NCBI RefSeq assembly: GCF_054482525.1
Contig: NZ_CM137006.1
Reading direction: 5' to 3' (one strand)
Length of the DNA stretch: 64,000 nt
Shown: in pieces, positions 1 to 8,079 of the stretch
Numbering within the stretch: the stretch's first letter is position 1
Layout of the letters: each line of letters opens with the position of its first letter
Position numbers and translations under genes: made by a program
Notes under the pieces: model-generated
The model's database searches: none
What the model was told of the DNA's origin: nothing
What the model saw: the letters and a program-made list of their open reading frames with translations, nothing else

Positions 1-306
1 CAATCATCGAACCGAGGAACATCGGCATATCTGCGCCGACGATAACGCCCATGGTGGTGATGGCACCGACTACACCGCCACGTTCGCCGCCTACCAGCTT
101 ACCACCGGTATAACCGATCAGCAGCGGCAGGAGATAAGTGATCATCGGCCCGACCAGCTTCGCCAGCGTTTCGTTCGGTAACCACCCTGTTGGAATAAAT
201 AACGCGGTGATGATACCCCACGCGATAAACGCGCCGATATTTGGCATCACCATGTTGCTGAGGAAACGACCAAAGCTTTGCACTTTGATCTTAATATCGG
301 ATGACA
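1..306 (-). CDS. mtlA: PTS mannitol-specific EIICBA permease, N-terminal 102 codons (partial, continues past window start)
   Basis: Reverse translation from 306 gives [33 protein letters not shown]..., the MtlA N-terminus; ATG at 306..304 on minus strand. Confidence 0.9.
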
Positions 307-450
307 TAAAAACACCCCTTCTTATGTTTGCTGTCGCGCAGGCTGGAAGCCCGAGGTTTTTTGTTAATGTGGCGGCAGAGGTAGCCGGACCTTGTAGATA
401 CTGCGAAATCTGGCACTGAATCGGTTAACTGTCCAGTCGACGGCCTTTTG

Positions 451-466
451 TGTGATATCGGTCACA
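451..466. promoter_or_regulatory. CRP-type palindrome TGTGAtatcggTCACA upstream of mtlA
   Basis: Perfect TGTGA-N6-TCACA read directly; the mtlA promoter is known to carry multiple CRP sites. Confidence 0.55.
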
Positions 467-567
467 TAAATATAGGGGGTAGAGAGGTAATTGACGTGAT
501 GCTCATCACAAAACGCTTGTGTAAAAAAGCAACAAGGCGGCGATTTTCGCTAAAAATGGCATTTAAA

Positions 568-583
568 TGTGAGTAATGTCACA
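568..583. promoter_or_regulatory. CRP-type palindrome TGTGAgtaatgTCACA upstream of mtlA
   Basis: Perfect TGTGA-N6-TCACA read directly. Confidence 0.55.
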
Positions 584-611
584 TTTTTGTTTTGTTGGTT
601 TGTTGAATCTT

Positions 612-627
612 TGTGATCTGAATCACA
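612..627. promoter_or_regulatory. CRP-type palindrome TGTGAtctgaaTCACA upstream of mtlA
   Basis: Perfect TGTGA-N6-TCACA read directly; a further TGTGA half-site follows at about 655. Confidence 0.55.
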
Positions 628-843
628 AGATATTTTCTTACGACGTTCACCTGATGTGATCTGCAGCATGTTATGCCCTCGTCATAAAATCGTTATGTAA
701 CTAAGCAACTCATCACCTCTAAAAATTATTCTTTGGTGTTATGGCGAGAATCGCGAACCCGAATTATTGTCAAAATATCAGCCTGACTCCCTTCTGGCTG
801 CCAGCCAAAAAACAACACTGATAAACGTGAATCCGAGGCAGAT

Positions 844-1206
844 ATGTTTCTAAACTATTTCGCGTTGGGAGTGCTGATCTTCGTCTTTCTGGTGATTTTT
901 TATGGAATCATCGCGATACATGACATCCCTTATCTGATTGCCAAAAAGCGCAACCATCCCCATGCCGACGCTATTCATACGGCGGGCTGGGTGAGCCTGT
1001 TTACTCTGCATGTTATCTGGCCGTTTCTGTGGATCTGGGCGACGCTCTATCAACCGGAGCGTGGCTGGGGTATGCAGTCACATGTTGCGTCGCAGGAGAA
1101 AGCGACTGACCCGGAAATCGCCGCACTTTCTGACCGAATTTCCCGGCTGGAGCATCAACTCGCCGCCGAGAAAAAGACTGACTATTCCACGTTCCCGGAG
1201 ATCTAA
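844..1206 (+). CDS. yibI: DUF3302 inner-membrane protein
   Basis: 120-aa ORF with N-terminal hydrophobic segments; ATG preceded by GAGG; matches recalled YibI length and position next to yibH. Confidence 0.88.
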   Translation: MFLNYFALGVLIFVFLVIFYGIIAIHDIPYLIAKKRNHPHADAIHTAGWVSLFTLHVIWPFLWIWATLYQPERGWGMQSHVASQEKATDPEIAALSDRISRLEHQLAAEKKTDYSTFPEI

Positions 1207-1208
1207 TT

Positions 1209-2345
1209 ATGGATCTATTGATCGTTTTAACTTACGTGGCGCTGGCGTGGGCGGTCTTTAAAATCTTCCGCATTCCGGTGAATCAGTGGACGCTGGCGAC
1301 GGCGGCGCTGGGAGGCGTGTTTCTGGTGAGTGGTTTGATTTTGTTGATGAACTACAATCACCCTTACACTTTTACCGCGCAAAAGGCAGTGATAGCGATC
1401 CCCATCACGCCACAGGTGACGGGAATTGTTACTGAAGTCACTGACAAGAATAATCAGCTTATTCAAAAGGGCGAGGTGCTTTTTAAACTCGACCCGGTTC
1501 GTTACCAGGCGCGAGTTGACAGACTTCAGGCTGACCTGATGACGGCGACGCATAATATAAAGACGCTGCGCGCGCAGCTCACTGAAGCGCAGGCCAACAC
1601 CACCCAGGTTTCAGCGGAGCGCGACCGTCTATTTAAAAATTATCAACGTTATCTGAAAGGCAGCCAGGCGGCGGTGAATCCGTTCTCGGAACGTGACATC
1701 GACGATGCGCGGCAAAACTTCCTCGCGCAGGACGCGCTGGTGAAAGGCTCGGTGGCGGAGCAGGCGCAGATCCAGAGCCAGCTCGACAGTATGGTTAACG
1801 GCGAGCAATCGCAGATTGTGAGCTTAAGAGCGCAACTTACTGAAGCAAAATATAACCTTGAGCAGACTGTCATTCGCGCACCAAGCAATGGCTACGTTAC
1901 TCAGGTACTGATCCGCCCAGGTACATACGCAGCTGCCTTGCCGCTACGTCCGGTGATGGTTTTCATCCCCGAGCAAAAACGGCAAATTGTCGCCCAATTT
2001 CGGCAAAACTCGCTGTTACGTCTGAAACCCGGCGATGATGCGGAAGTGGTGTTTAACGCGCTACCTGGGCAGGTGTTCCACGGCAAACTGACCAGTATTT
2101 TACCTGTCGTGCCAGGCGGTTCGTATCAGGCGCAAGGGGTATTGCAATCATTAACGGTCGTGCCCGGCACGGACGGTGTGCTGGGAACCATTGAACTGGA
2201 CCCTAACGCTGATATCGATGCCTTACCCGACGGCATCTACGCCCAGGTGGCAGTTTACTCCGACCATTTCAGCCATGTTTCGGTGATGCGGAAGGTGCTG
2301 CTGAGAATGACCAGTTGGATGCATTATCTTTATTTGGATCATTGA
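1209..2345 (+). CDS. yibH: HlyD-family membrane fusion protein
   Basis: 378-aa ORF, N-terminal TM helix then coiled-coil-rich region typical of HlyD/EmrA family; starts 3 bp after yibI stop. Confidence 0.88.
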   Translation: MDLLIVLTYVALAWAVFKIFRIPVNQWTLATAALGGVFLVSGLILLMNYNHPYTFTAQKAVIAIPITPQVTGIVTEVTDKNNQLIQKGEVLFKLDPVRYQARVDRLQADLMTATHNIKTLRAQLTEAQANTTQVSAERDRLFKNYQRYLKGSQAAVNPFSERDIDDARQNFLAQDALVKGSVAEQAQIQSQLDSMVNGEQSQIVSLRAQLTEAKYNLEQTVIRAPSNGYVTQVLIRPGTYAAALPLRPVMVFIPEQKRQIVAQFRQNSLLRLKPGDDAEVVFNALPGQVFHGKLTSILPVVPGGSYQAQGVLQSLTVVPGTDGVLGTIELDPNADIDALPDGIYAQVAVYSDHFSHVSVMRKVLLRMTSWMHYLYLDH

Positions 2346-2442
2346 GTAGGGAAGGGGGAGATTATGGAACTTTGCTCCCTGTAAGGACTAATTATTTTTG
2401 CATATTACTTCATTGGCTGCGATGATTTTTCGTTAATATCCA

Positions 2443-2650
2443 TTATGTTAAGAAGTTCGGGATGAGTGTGAACTCATTGGATTTTTTATCCGTCTTGATC
2501 TGCCGAAGGATCAGACCATACATTGTCGAGATCGCAATGATGATATGAGTTGTTCCTCTGCCACGGCTCTAATCAAAAAAGAGCAGGAGTGCTTTTCCAT
2601 CTATTGCGATGATGGCTTTATTATCTGAAGGATGACAGTCACATTTAAAA
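2443..2650 (-). pseudogene. Remnant of H-repeat (ISAs1-family) transposase, truncated both sides and frame-disrupted
   Basis: Minus-strand translation gives DNKAIIAIDGKALLLFFD* and [33 protein letters not shown], resembling the conserved DKDVIAIDGKTLR...[32 protein letters not shown] core of H-rpt proteins (recalled, e.g. YhhI). Confidence 0.45.
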
Positions 2651-2923
2651 ATATTTAATTTATAGATCACAATGTAGGTTCATGTAATATATGTATACAA
2701 CTATTTTTCTCTTCACTTTTAATTATCGTATTCATTATAACACTAAGTTAAAAAACTCCTGGAGAGTGAGTCATTAATATATTTTTAAATATAATTAAGT
2801 TATTATTCATCGATGCATTTTATAGAATCATCAATGGCTACAATAGTACTATTAACTCTCCAATTTATATTTTTATTATCATTGCAAATATTAACTGAAT
2901 CTATATCAATGATTTTTTTATTT

Positions 2924-3319
2924 TTATCTTTTATTTACAGTTTCAATGCAATCAGCGACAAGTTGGTGTGGATTTAGATTCTTCAGATATGGTCTTATGA
3001 TCTTTCCCTTGCTTAATAAATAGCATGTATAGGATTCGGAAAGTCCAGCATCTATTTTGTACATCATTATTCTAGATAAGGATGTGAGAAATGCCTTGTT
3101 ATCATTAGCAGCCATATATGCCAGTCCGAGTTCAGCCTCTGCGGCTTTACATGAAAAATAGCTAAGTGAACACGCTTTTCGTCCCTCTTGGGTACTGGCT
3201 GATATTAGTGCCCATAATATTGCCTTGTCTGCCAAATCCAACTCTCTCTGAAATTGGTTTACAGTAACTGCATTCGCAGAAATAGAGAAAAAAAGCACAA
3301 TTGTTAATAACCTTGCCAT
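2924..3319 (-). CDS. Orphan immunity-like protein for the adjacent Rhs C-terminal tip; predicted signal peptide
   Basis: 131-aa ORF starting ATG 5 bp after the Rhs-fragment stop; N-terminus MARLLTIVLFFSISANA looks like a Sec signal peptide; AT-rich codon usage. Confidence 0.6.
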   Translation of the reverse strand: MARLLTIVLFFSISANAVTVNQFQRELDLADKAILWALISASTQEGRKACSLSYFSCKAAEAELGLAYMAANDNKAFLTSLSRIMMYKIDAGLSESYTCYLLSKGKIIRPYLKNLNPHQLVADCIETVNKR

Positions 3320-3323
3320 ATTT

Positions 3324-4133
3324 CTAGTCCGTCACTGTTAATGTGCTATCTGGCTCTGAAAATATTAGCTCATTTAATTTTTGCATGTCATTAGATGAAC
3401 CAGTTATACAACCCTCGGAACAGAATCGAGGTCCTAAAGATGGACCAAAAGCGTTTAAACAACTATGTGTTAAAAATCCATCACGATTATACGTTTCTGT
3501 ATTTGCTGACGGTACTAAACGTATACCATTAGGTTTTCTATTAGTTGCTCCAGGACCATTAACATTCCAGCTCCATACCCCTGGAGGTATTGGGCCTCTA
3601 TTTTGTAAGTGTGTACAACCAGGATTATTTTTACATTGCATATTATTACCATTATTACCAGAGGCGACTGAAATAGTAAGCACACCATAAGAATTATCAT
3701 CACTTGGCGTATCTGAAACGCATGAAAGCATACCTAAAGTTATGCTGTATAAACAGGTCGCTAATCCCAACGGGTCAATATCAGTTATCGGATTCAACGG
3801 ATACTGATAAAAATTCCATCCCCCCTTCAGTCCAATCGGATCCTGAGTGATATACCGCCCCTGCAGCTGGTGCGGGTTCTCTTCATTCAGCAGGTTGCCC
3901 CACTCATCGTATTCTGCGCACCATTCTGTTGCCCCTTCCGTGCTGATAAGCACCAGCGGCAGGCCGCGATGGTCGCAGTGGTACAGGTGGATTTTTCGCG
4001 CCGGCGTGTACACCGGGTCCATCTGGTTTTGCATCTGCGCCACCGTCAGGCCGCACGATGCCAGCCAGCGTCGGCTTTCCTCACTCACCCGGTCAGCCAG
4101 GATTTCACTTTCCAGCCGGTCGAGCATCTGCAC
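3324..4133 (-). CDS. Orphan Rhs C-terminal fragment (core end plus divergent toxin tip); no own ATG start
   Basis: Translation [29 protein letters not shown]...[18 protein letters not shown] is near-identical to the rhsA core end in this window, then diverges after the DPxGL motif into a unique Cys-rich tip; ORF-track start is a GTG that is an internal Val codon in rhsA. Confidence 0.7.
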   Translation of the reverse strand: MQMLDRLESEILADRVSEESRRWLASCGLTVAQMQNQMDPVYTPARKIHLYHCDHRGLPLVLISTEGATEWCAEYDEWGNLLNEENPHQLQGRYITQDPIGLKGGWNFYQYPLNPITDIDPLGLATCLYSITLGMLSCVSDTPSDDNSYGVLTISVASGNNGNNMQCKNNPGCTHLQNRGPIPPGVWSWNVNGPGATNRKPNGIRLVPSANTETYNRDGFLTHSCLNAFGPSLGPRFCSEGCITGSSNDMQKLNELIFSEPDSTLTVTD

Positions 4134-4174
4134 CGTGCCGGCGGGAATACCTCACTGTGCATAGGCAACTCACG

Positions 4175-5017
4175 CTATGAACGCTTCAGCTTATCAATAA
4201 CGGAAGTTATAATTTCATTGTCATCAAACTTGTACAACATAGTATCTAAAACAGGAAGTAGCGTTTTATCACCTAATTCACCCGCAGCTTCAATGATATC
4301 ATCATAAACAGTATTTTTTTTTAACTCATCGCATAAAACAGATAAAACCCTTTTATCTTTTCTGTAGGAAAGTCCGATTATTGCTTCAATACGGACTTCC
4401 TCATTTTTATCCTGAAGCATCTCCACAAAATAATCCCTAATATCACTATTATCATATTTATTGATATTTATTGCAAATGCGGCCCAGTTTCTGACATCTC
4501 CATTTGGATCTTTTAACAGATTAATCAATAGTGGAATTGTTTCTTTATCATTGATAACAGAAATAGCAAATGCCGTAGCACGTCTGACATTAGCCGATTT
4601 ATCAAAAGCAGTAATTTGAGATTGTTCTACTATTTTAGGTGAATAAATTGGGTTTTTCTTGCATCGCTGAGCAGTTGACTCGATTGCTGTAGCTCGAACG
4701 CAAGCACTTTTATCATTCAGTGCCATCTTTTTTAAAATATTAAAAACGCTATCTTCGCATTTTTTGCAAACTTTTATTTGCCCGAGTATAAATGCTCCTA
4801 TATCTCTACGGATATAATTTTTGTCAGCGCAGAATTCAATTGCCAATCTAACAGCGTCTTGCCCACCTCTTAGCTGCAATACTCTGGCAGATGAAATCCT
4901 TTTCAATGAATTGCGATTATCAAGTAAGCGAAATAATTCATCATCATTTAGTTTCTTACATTGATTGTATAAACCATACTCTTTACTTGCCTTTCTTTTC
5001 TGGTATGTATTCGACAT
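4175..5017 (-). CDS. yibA: HEAT-repeat protein
   Basis: Translation MSNTYQKRKASKEYGLYNQCKKLNDDELFRLLDN... matches recalled YibA (280 aa); GGAGG RBS 8 nt upstream of ATG at 5017. ORF-track start at 5032 is a 5-codon extension. Confidence 0.85.
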   Translation of the reverse strand: MSNTYQKRKASKEYGLYNQCKKLNDDELFRLLDNRNSLKRISSARVLQLRGGQDAVRLAIEFCADKNYIRRDIGAFILGQIKVCKKCEDSVFNILKKMALNDKSACVRATAIESTAQRCKKNPIYSPKIVEQSQITAFDKSANVRRATAFAISVINDKETIPLLINLLKDPNGDVRNWAAFAININKYDNSDIRDYFVEMLQDKNEEVRIEAIIGLSYRKDKRVLSVLCDELKKNTVYDDIIEAAGELGDKTLLPVLDTMLYKFDDNEIITSVIDKLKRS

Positions 5018-5121
5018 TGCAGGAACCTCCATAAAGACTATCTTTTTCTATCGTTTGACTGTCTGGAGTCCTCCACCTACTCTGCCATCAGCACACACGA
5101 TGTTTGTTTATCCTTACATAC

Positions 5122-5391
5122 TTATTTTCCGTGGCCAAAATTTAGAATTCTCCCGTCATTTTTGCCTATTTCTATAATAAAAACCCTACCAGCAATTTGG
5201 TCTGATTCAATGGTGCCTTCAACAATCCAACTTGTTGGTAATTCCATGATTTTGTATGGTTTTTCTTCTTCTTCTTCGGCATCATGTCCATAACGATTTT
5301 TAACATACATCTCAGCTAATTCCAATGCTATAGCTTTATTTTTGACCAAATTTCTAACGGTGTATTTCCCCTCACTTTCATACTTGCGCAT
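5122..5391 (-). CDS. Small NTF2-like (YbbC/YhhH-family-like) immunity-type protein
   Basis: 89-aa ORF, ATG start; shares KxxAxxLAExYxKxxYG...KPY...W.xEG...DG pattern with the 115-aa ORF at 6994..7341 and with Rhs-linked YbbC/YhhH proteins as recalled; no clear RBS. Confidence 0.5.
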   Translation of the reverse strand: MRKYESEGKYTVRNLVKNKAIALELAEMYVKNRYGHDAEEEEEKPYKIMELPTSWIVEGTIESDQIAGRVFIIEIGKNDGRILNFGHGK

Positions 5392-5472
5392 TATAATAAT
5401 ATTATTACACTGCGCCCATGTGTTGTATGTAAAAATAAAGATACAATCACATAGGTTCTGAATAATATTTTC

Positions 5473-5838
5473 TTATACGTTGTCATGTATTTTGCAAACA
5501 TTAGGCAATCCTTTTCCATTTATTATATCTTTCCCATGATTATCTATTGCTTTAAAATTTTCACCTATTGACCTTGAATTACTACAATCACTTCCAGTGA
5601 AATCTGAGTTATTCAGAATAGCATTCATCAGAGCCGCATTGCGAAAGACAGCATTTCTAGTTGATGTATGTTGAATCATTACATTTCTTAAATGAGTTTT
5701 TTCAAATTTCGCCCCATCAAGACAATAACCATTGAGGGTGGCACGATGTAGATTCATCCCGCTAAAATCATATCCAGCAAGAGTGGTACTATCTATCTCA
5801 AGAAATTTATTGGTTATTAAAAATGCGATTCTTATCAT
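5473..5838 (-). CDS. Pentapeptide-repeat protein (orphan immunity-like)
   Basis: Translation shows consecutive pentapeptide-like units (ATLNGYCLDGAKFEKTHLRNVMIQHTSTRNAVFRNAALMNAILNNSDFTGSD); first ATG at 5838 preceded by GGAGGA RBS; ORF-track TTG start at 5850 is probably an extension. Confidence 0.6.
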   Translation of the reverse strand: MIRIAFLITNKFLEIDSTTLAGYDFSGMNLHRATLNGYCLDGAKFEKTHLRNVMIQHTSTRNAVFRNAALMNAILNNSDFTGSDCSNSRSIGENFKAIDNHGKDIINGKGLPNVCKIHDNV

Positions 5839-5931
5839 CTGTTCCTCCAATCATCTAACTCCCGAAAAATTTGAAAACCAGAACCTCGCTTAGGCCTGTG
5901 TCCATACTACGTGGGTAGGATTATTCTACGT

Positions 5932-5974
5932 ACTACGCTGTTGTCCCTTACGTGCTGATAAGCGCCAGCGGCAG
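5932..5974 (-). repeat. Isolated ~43-bp scar homologous to the Rhs core-end coding sequence
   Basis: ...gctgttgtcccttacgtgctgataagcgccagcggcagg aligns to rhsA at about 8775..8817 and to the orphan fragment at about 3935..3966, with mismatches; flanks are unrelated. Confidence 0.5.
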
Positions 5975-6090
5975 GTTATTCGGTTTGCGTCGTTGAGTTC
6001 ACTACACTAAAACTCCGTGCCCATATAACCCAAGTCGGAGGCATGCCTTCCTCTGGTTCGTTCCATCTAAAATGTCTATACATAACATGG

Positions 6091-6333
6091 TTATTCAATT
6101 ATTTTTTCTTTGAGTTTATTCTCAATCCAGCTGTCTTTATACCTGATGAAAATTTGACATTCACCAATATTATCAATGTCACCAACATTTGTGTTTCGAA
6201 TTTGACCAACAGCAACTATAGTTGATTCAAAATATTCAACATTGACATTATCTGTAATTATTGAAATTATATAATCATCTGGAATAGAGCCATTAGGAGT
6301 TATATTGAAGAAACTAACATCTGAAAATACCAA
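6091..6333 (-). CDS. Hypothetical small protein (80 aa), possible orphan immunity gene
   Basis: Open frame with only a TTG start and no internal Met; AT-rich; lies downstream of a decayed coding remnant. Weak call. Confidence 0.3.
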   Translation of the reverse strand: MVFSDVSFFNITPNGSIPDDYIISIITDNVNVEYFESTIVAVGQIRNTNVGDIDNIGECQIFIRYKDSWIENKLKEKIIE

Positions 6334-6559
6334 ATAACCATCTTCTAAGTCTTCATTATCATAAAAATTCCATTCTGTTGTACCATAGGCTATCCTTGAG
6401 ATTAAATTAACCTGAATTCTAATTTGTTTACTCCATAAATCAAATTCAATTTTTTATTGCTCGATCACCAAGATATATTCTATCAAACATATTACCCCCC
6501 TATTCTAAAAATACTCAGGCATTCCGCACATTATATCAGCCTCATCTTGATTGCTTCCC

Positions 6560-6840
6560 GTTTCCCAATACGGCGGCGCGGGGAGTCATAAAGGTAAGAA
6601 ATTTCCAGCAGTACGGCGTCCTATTGTTCACGGCGGTAATGCACCAGCCAGTATTGGCTATCGTAGTGATAACCGTGTAACCTGCCGCCGCATCGCGTAT
6701 CTAATGTTCATTCTTTTCCATAAACCGTCCGTACACATTGTGATAGTAAAAATACAATACATCTTCGCTGATGCGGTTATTCTGCTGCATGTGGGAAGCG
6801 CCGAATACTGCTCCCGGTATGGCCAGTAATTACTATTTAG
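6560..6840 (-). pseudogene. Decayed coding remnant (possible orphan toxin-tip fragment)
   Basis: GC-richer patch in AT-rich DNA; minus-strand frames give protein-like stretches (LAIPGAVFGASHMQQNNRISEDVLYFYYHNVYGRFMEKNEH*, AGYTVITTIANTGWCITAVNNRTPYCWKF...) broken by stops; ORF-track 67-aa and 92-aa ORFs overlap here. Confidence 0.3.
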
Positions 6841-6993
6841 TACGACGTTAGGGGGAGTCACTTAATCTCACAGATACTTCAAGTAACAGATGAAAATCGC
6901 TCCTGAAATGAAAAAGAAATTTTTTTGAATGTGTTCCTGTCAAATCAAGTGGTTTTTTCGTCGATATGTAGAGTCATATTGTACACAAAATAG

Positions 6994-7341
6994 TTACGAA
7001 ACACACCTTGGTAAAATATTTGAATCGTCTGAACAGTGGATTATTTTGTGTATTACATCCAACGCTTGCCCATCTTTTTTCGCTATTAGTATTGTAAAAT
7101 TTCCTCCTAACGTCTTCGGTTGTTTTCCCTCGATTTTCCAACAATTATTGTCATCTGTAATACTATATGGTTTCTGAAATTCTGCTTTTTCTTTCCCGTA
7201 TATATATTTAATATAAACATATGATAATTCCAAAGCCATTTCACGACTATTTACTAAAATTTCCGCTGAATTTTCTTTTCCAAATACTGAGTGTGATATT
7301 GTAAACAATATCATAATAAGTAATATTAGTGAGTTTCTCAT
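6994..7341 (-). CDS. Secreted NTF2-like (YbbC/YhhH-family-like) immunity-type protein
   Basis: 115-aa ORF, ATG with AGGTG RBS; N-terminal signal peptide MRNSLILLIMILFTISHSVFG; shares motif pattern with 5122..5391. Confidence 0.6.
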   Translation of the reverse strand: MRNSLILLIMILFTISHSVFGKENSAEILVNSREMALELSYVYIKYIYGKEKAEFQKPYSITDDNNCWKIEGKQPKTLGGNFTILIAKKDGQALDVIHKIIHCSDDSNILPRCVS

Positions 7342-7509
7342 GCTCTACACCTATCGAATCTCAAAAGTTGTGGGTAAAACATTACATTCAGAATATATGA
7401 TATTCTTACCATCGGAATCCATTTTTCCAAATCGACCTTCTGGTGTTCCTGGATACCCATTAAGAACATATTTTTTCGAATAGTTAATTTATTTTCTCAG
7501 GAAGAGATT

Positions 7510-8079
7510 TTATTTTTCTTCACTACGAAGTAGTTCATGCTGTACTTTTGTTAAACATTCGTAAGACTCATCTTTGTTCGGGAGATGTGCTGTCATTCGA
7601 GCATAAGTTGGCTTCTCATCTTTAAAATATTTAACCATGATTGAATTATCAAGGACTGCCAACAACTGAGCTGGATCACTGCTCTTTTTTTGATAGATAC
7701 CCGCTCTTATATAACTTCTAAACCGATCGCCGAGAAACGCCGTTTTTTCTGCTGTATTTAGCAACTCCTGCAACGTTCCTTTGGTTGCATGATTTTCATT
7801 AAGGCGTAGTGATCCGACGCGAATTAAGAGTCTCGCCCCGCTTGGTGTGAATTTGTTATTTTTACATATACCAAGCTCTGTTTGCCAATAATACTCACCT
7901 ATGTCCTCATTCTGATACCATCTCCACATGGTTTTATTATTTAAGACAGGAAACGCGGAAAAAATAGTACCCTTAGTGAAAATGGTAAAGCAATCTTGAT
8001 CTTTAGCTTGTGTTTCGCAATTAGCTATAACACCAAAACTAACGAATATCATCAGCAAAAAGAACAAAGCTCTTTTCAT
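7510..8079 (-). CDS. Putative cognate immunity protein of RhsA (secreted)
   Basis: 189-aa ORF whose ATG overlaps the rhsA stop by 4 bp (8076..8079); N-terminal signal peptide [19 protein letters not shown]; AT-rich relative to the rhsA core. Confidence 0.65.
   Translation of the reverse strand: MKRALFFLLMIFVSFGVIANCETQAKDQDCFTIFTKGTIFSAFPVLNNKTMWRWYQNEDIGEYYWQTELGICKNNKFTPSGARLLIRVGSLRLNENHATKGTLQELLNTAEKTAFLGDRFRSYIRAGIYQKKSSDPAQLLAVLDNSIMVKYFKDEKPTYARMTAHLPNKDESYECLTKVQHELLRSEEK

Noticed and set aside
138-419. 93-aa plus-strand ORF
   Set aside because: Lies antisense to the well-supported mtlA N-terminus and runs into the mtlA promoter; no RBS; typical chance antisense frame.
3343-4307. 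Plus-strand ORFs (115, 105, 145 aa) overlapping the orphan Rhs fragment
   Set aside because: Antisense to a frame with clear Rhs homology; two of them mirror equally spurious antisense ORFs in rhsA itself.
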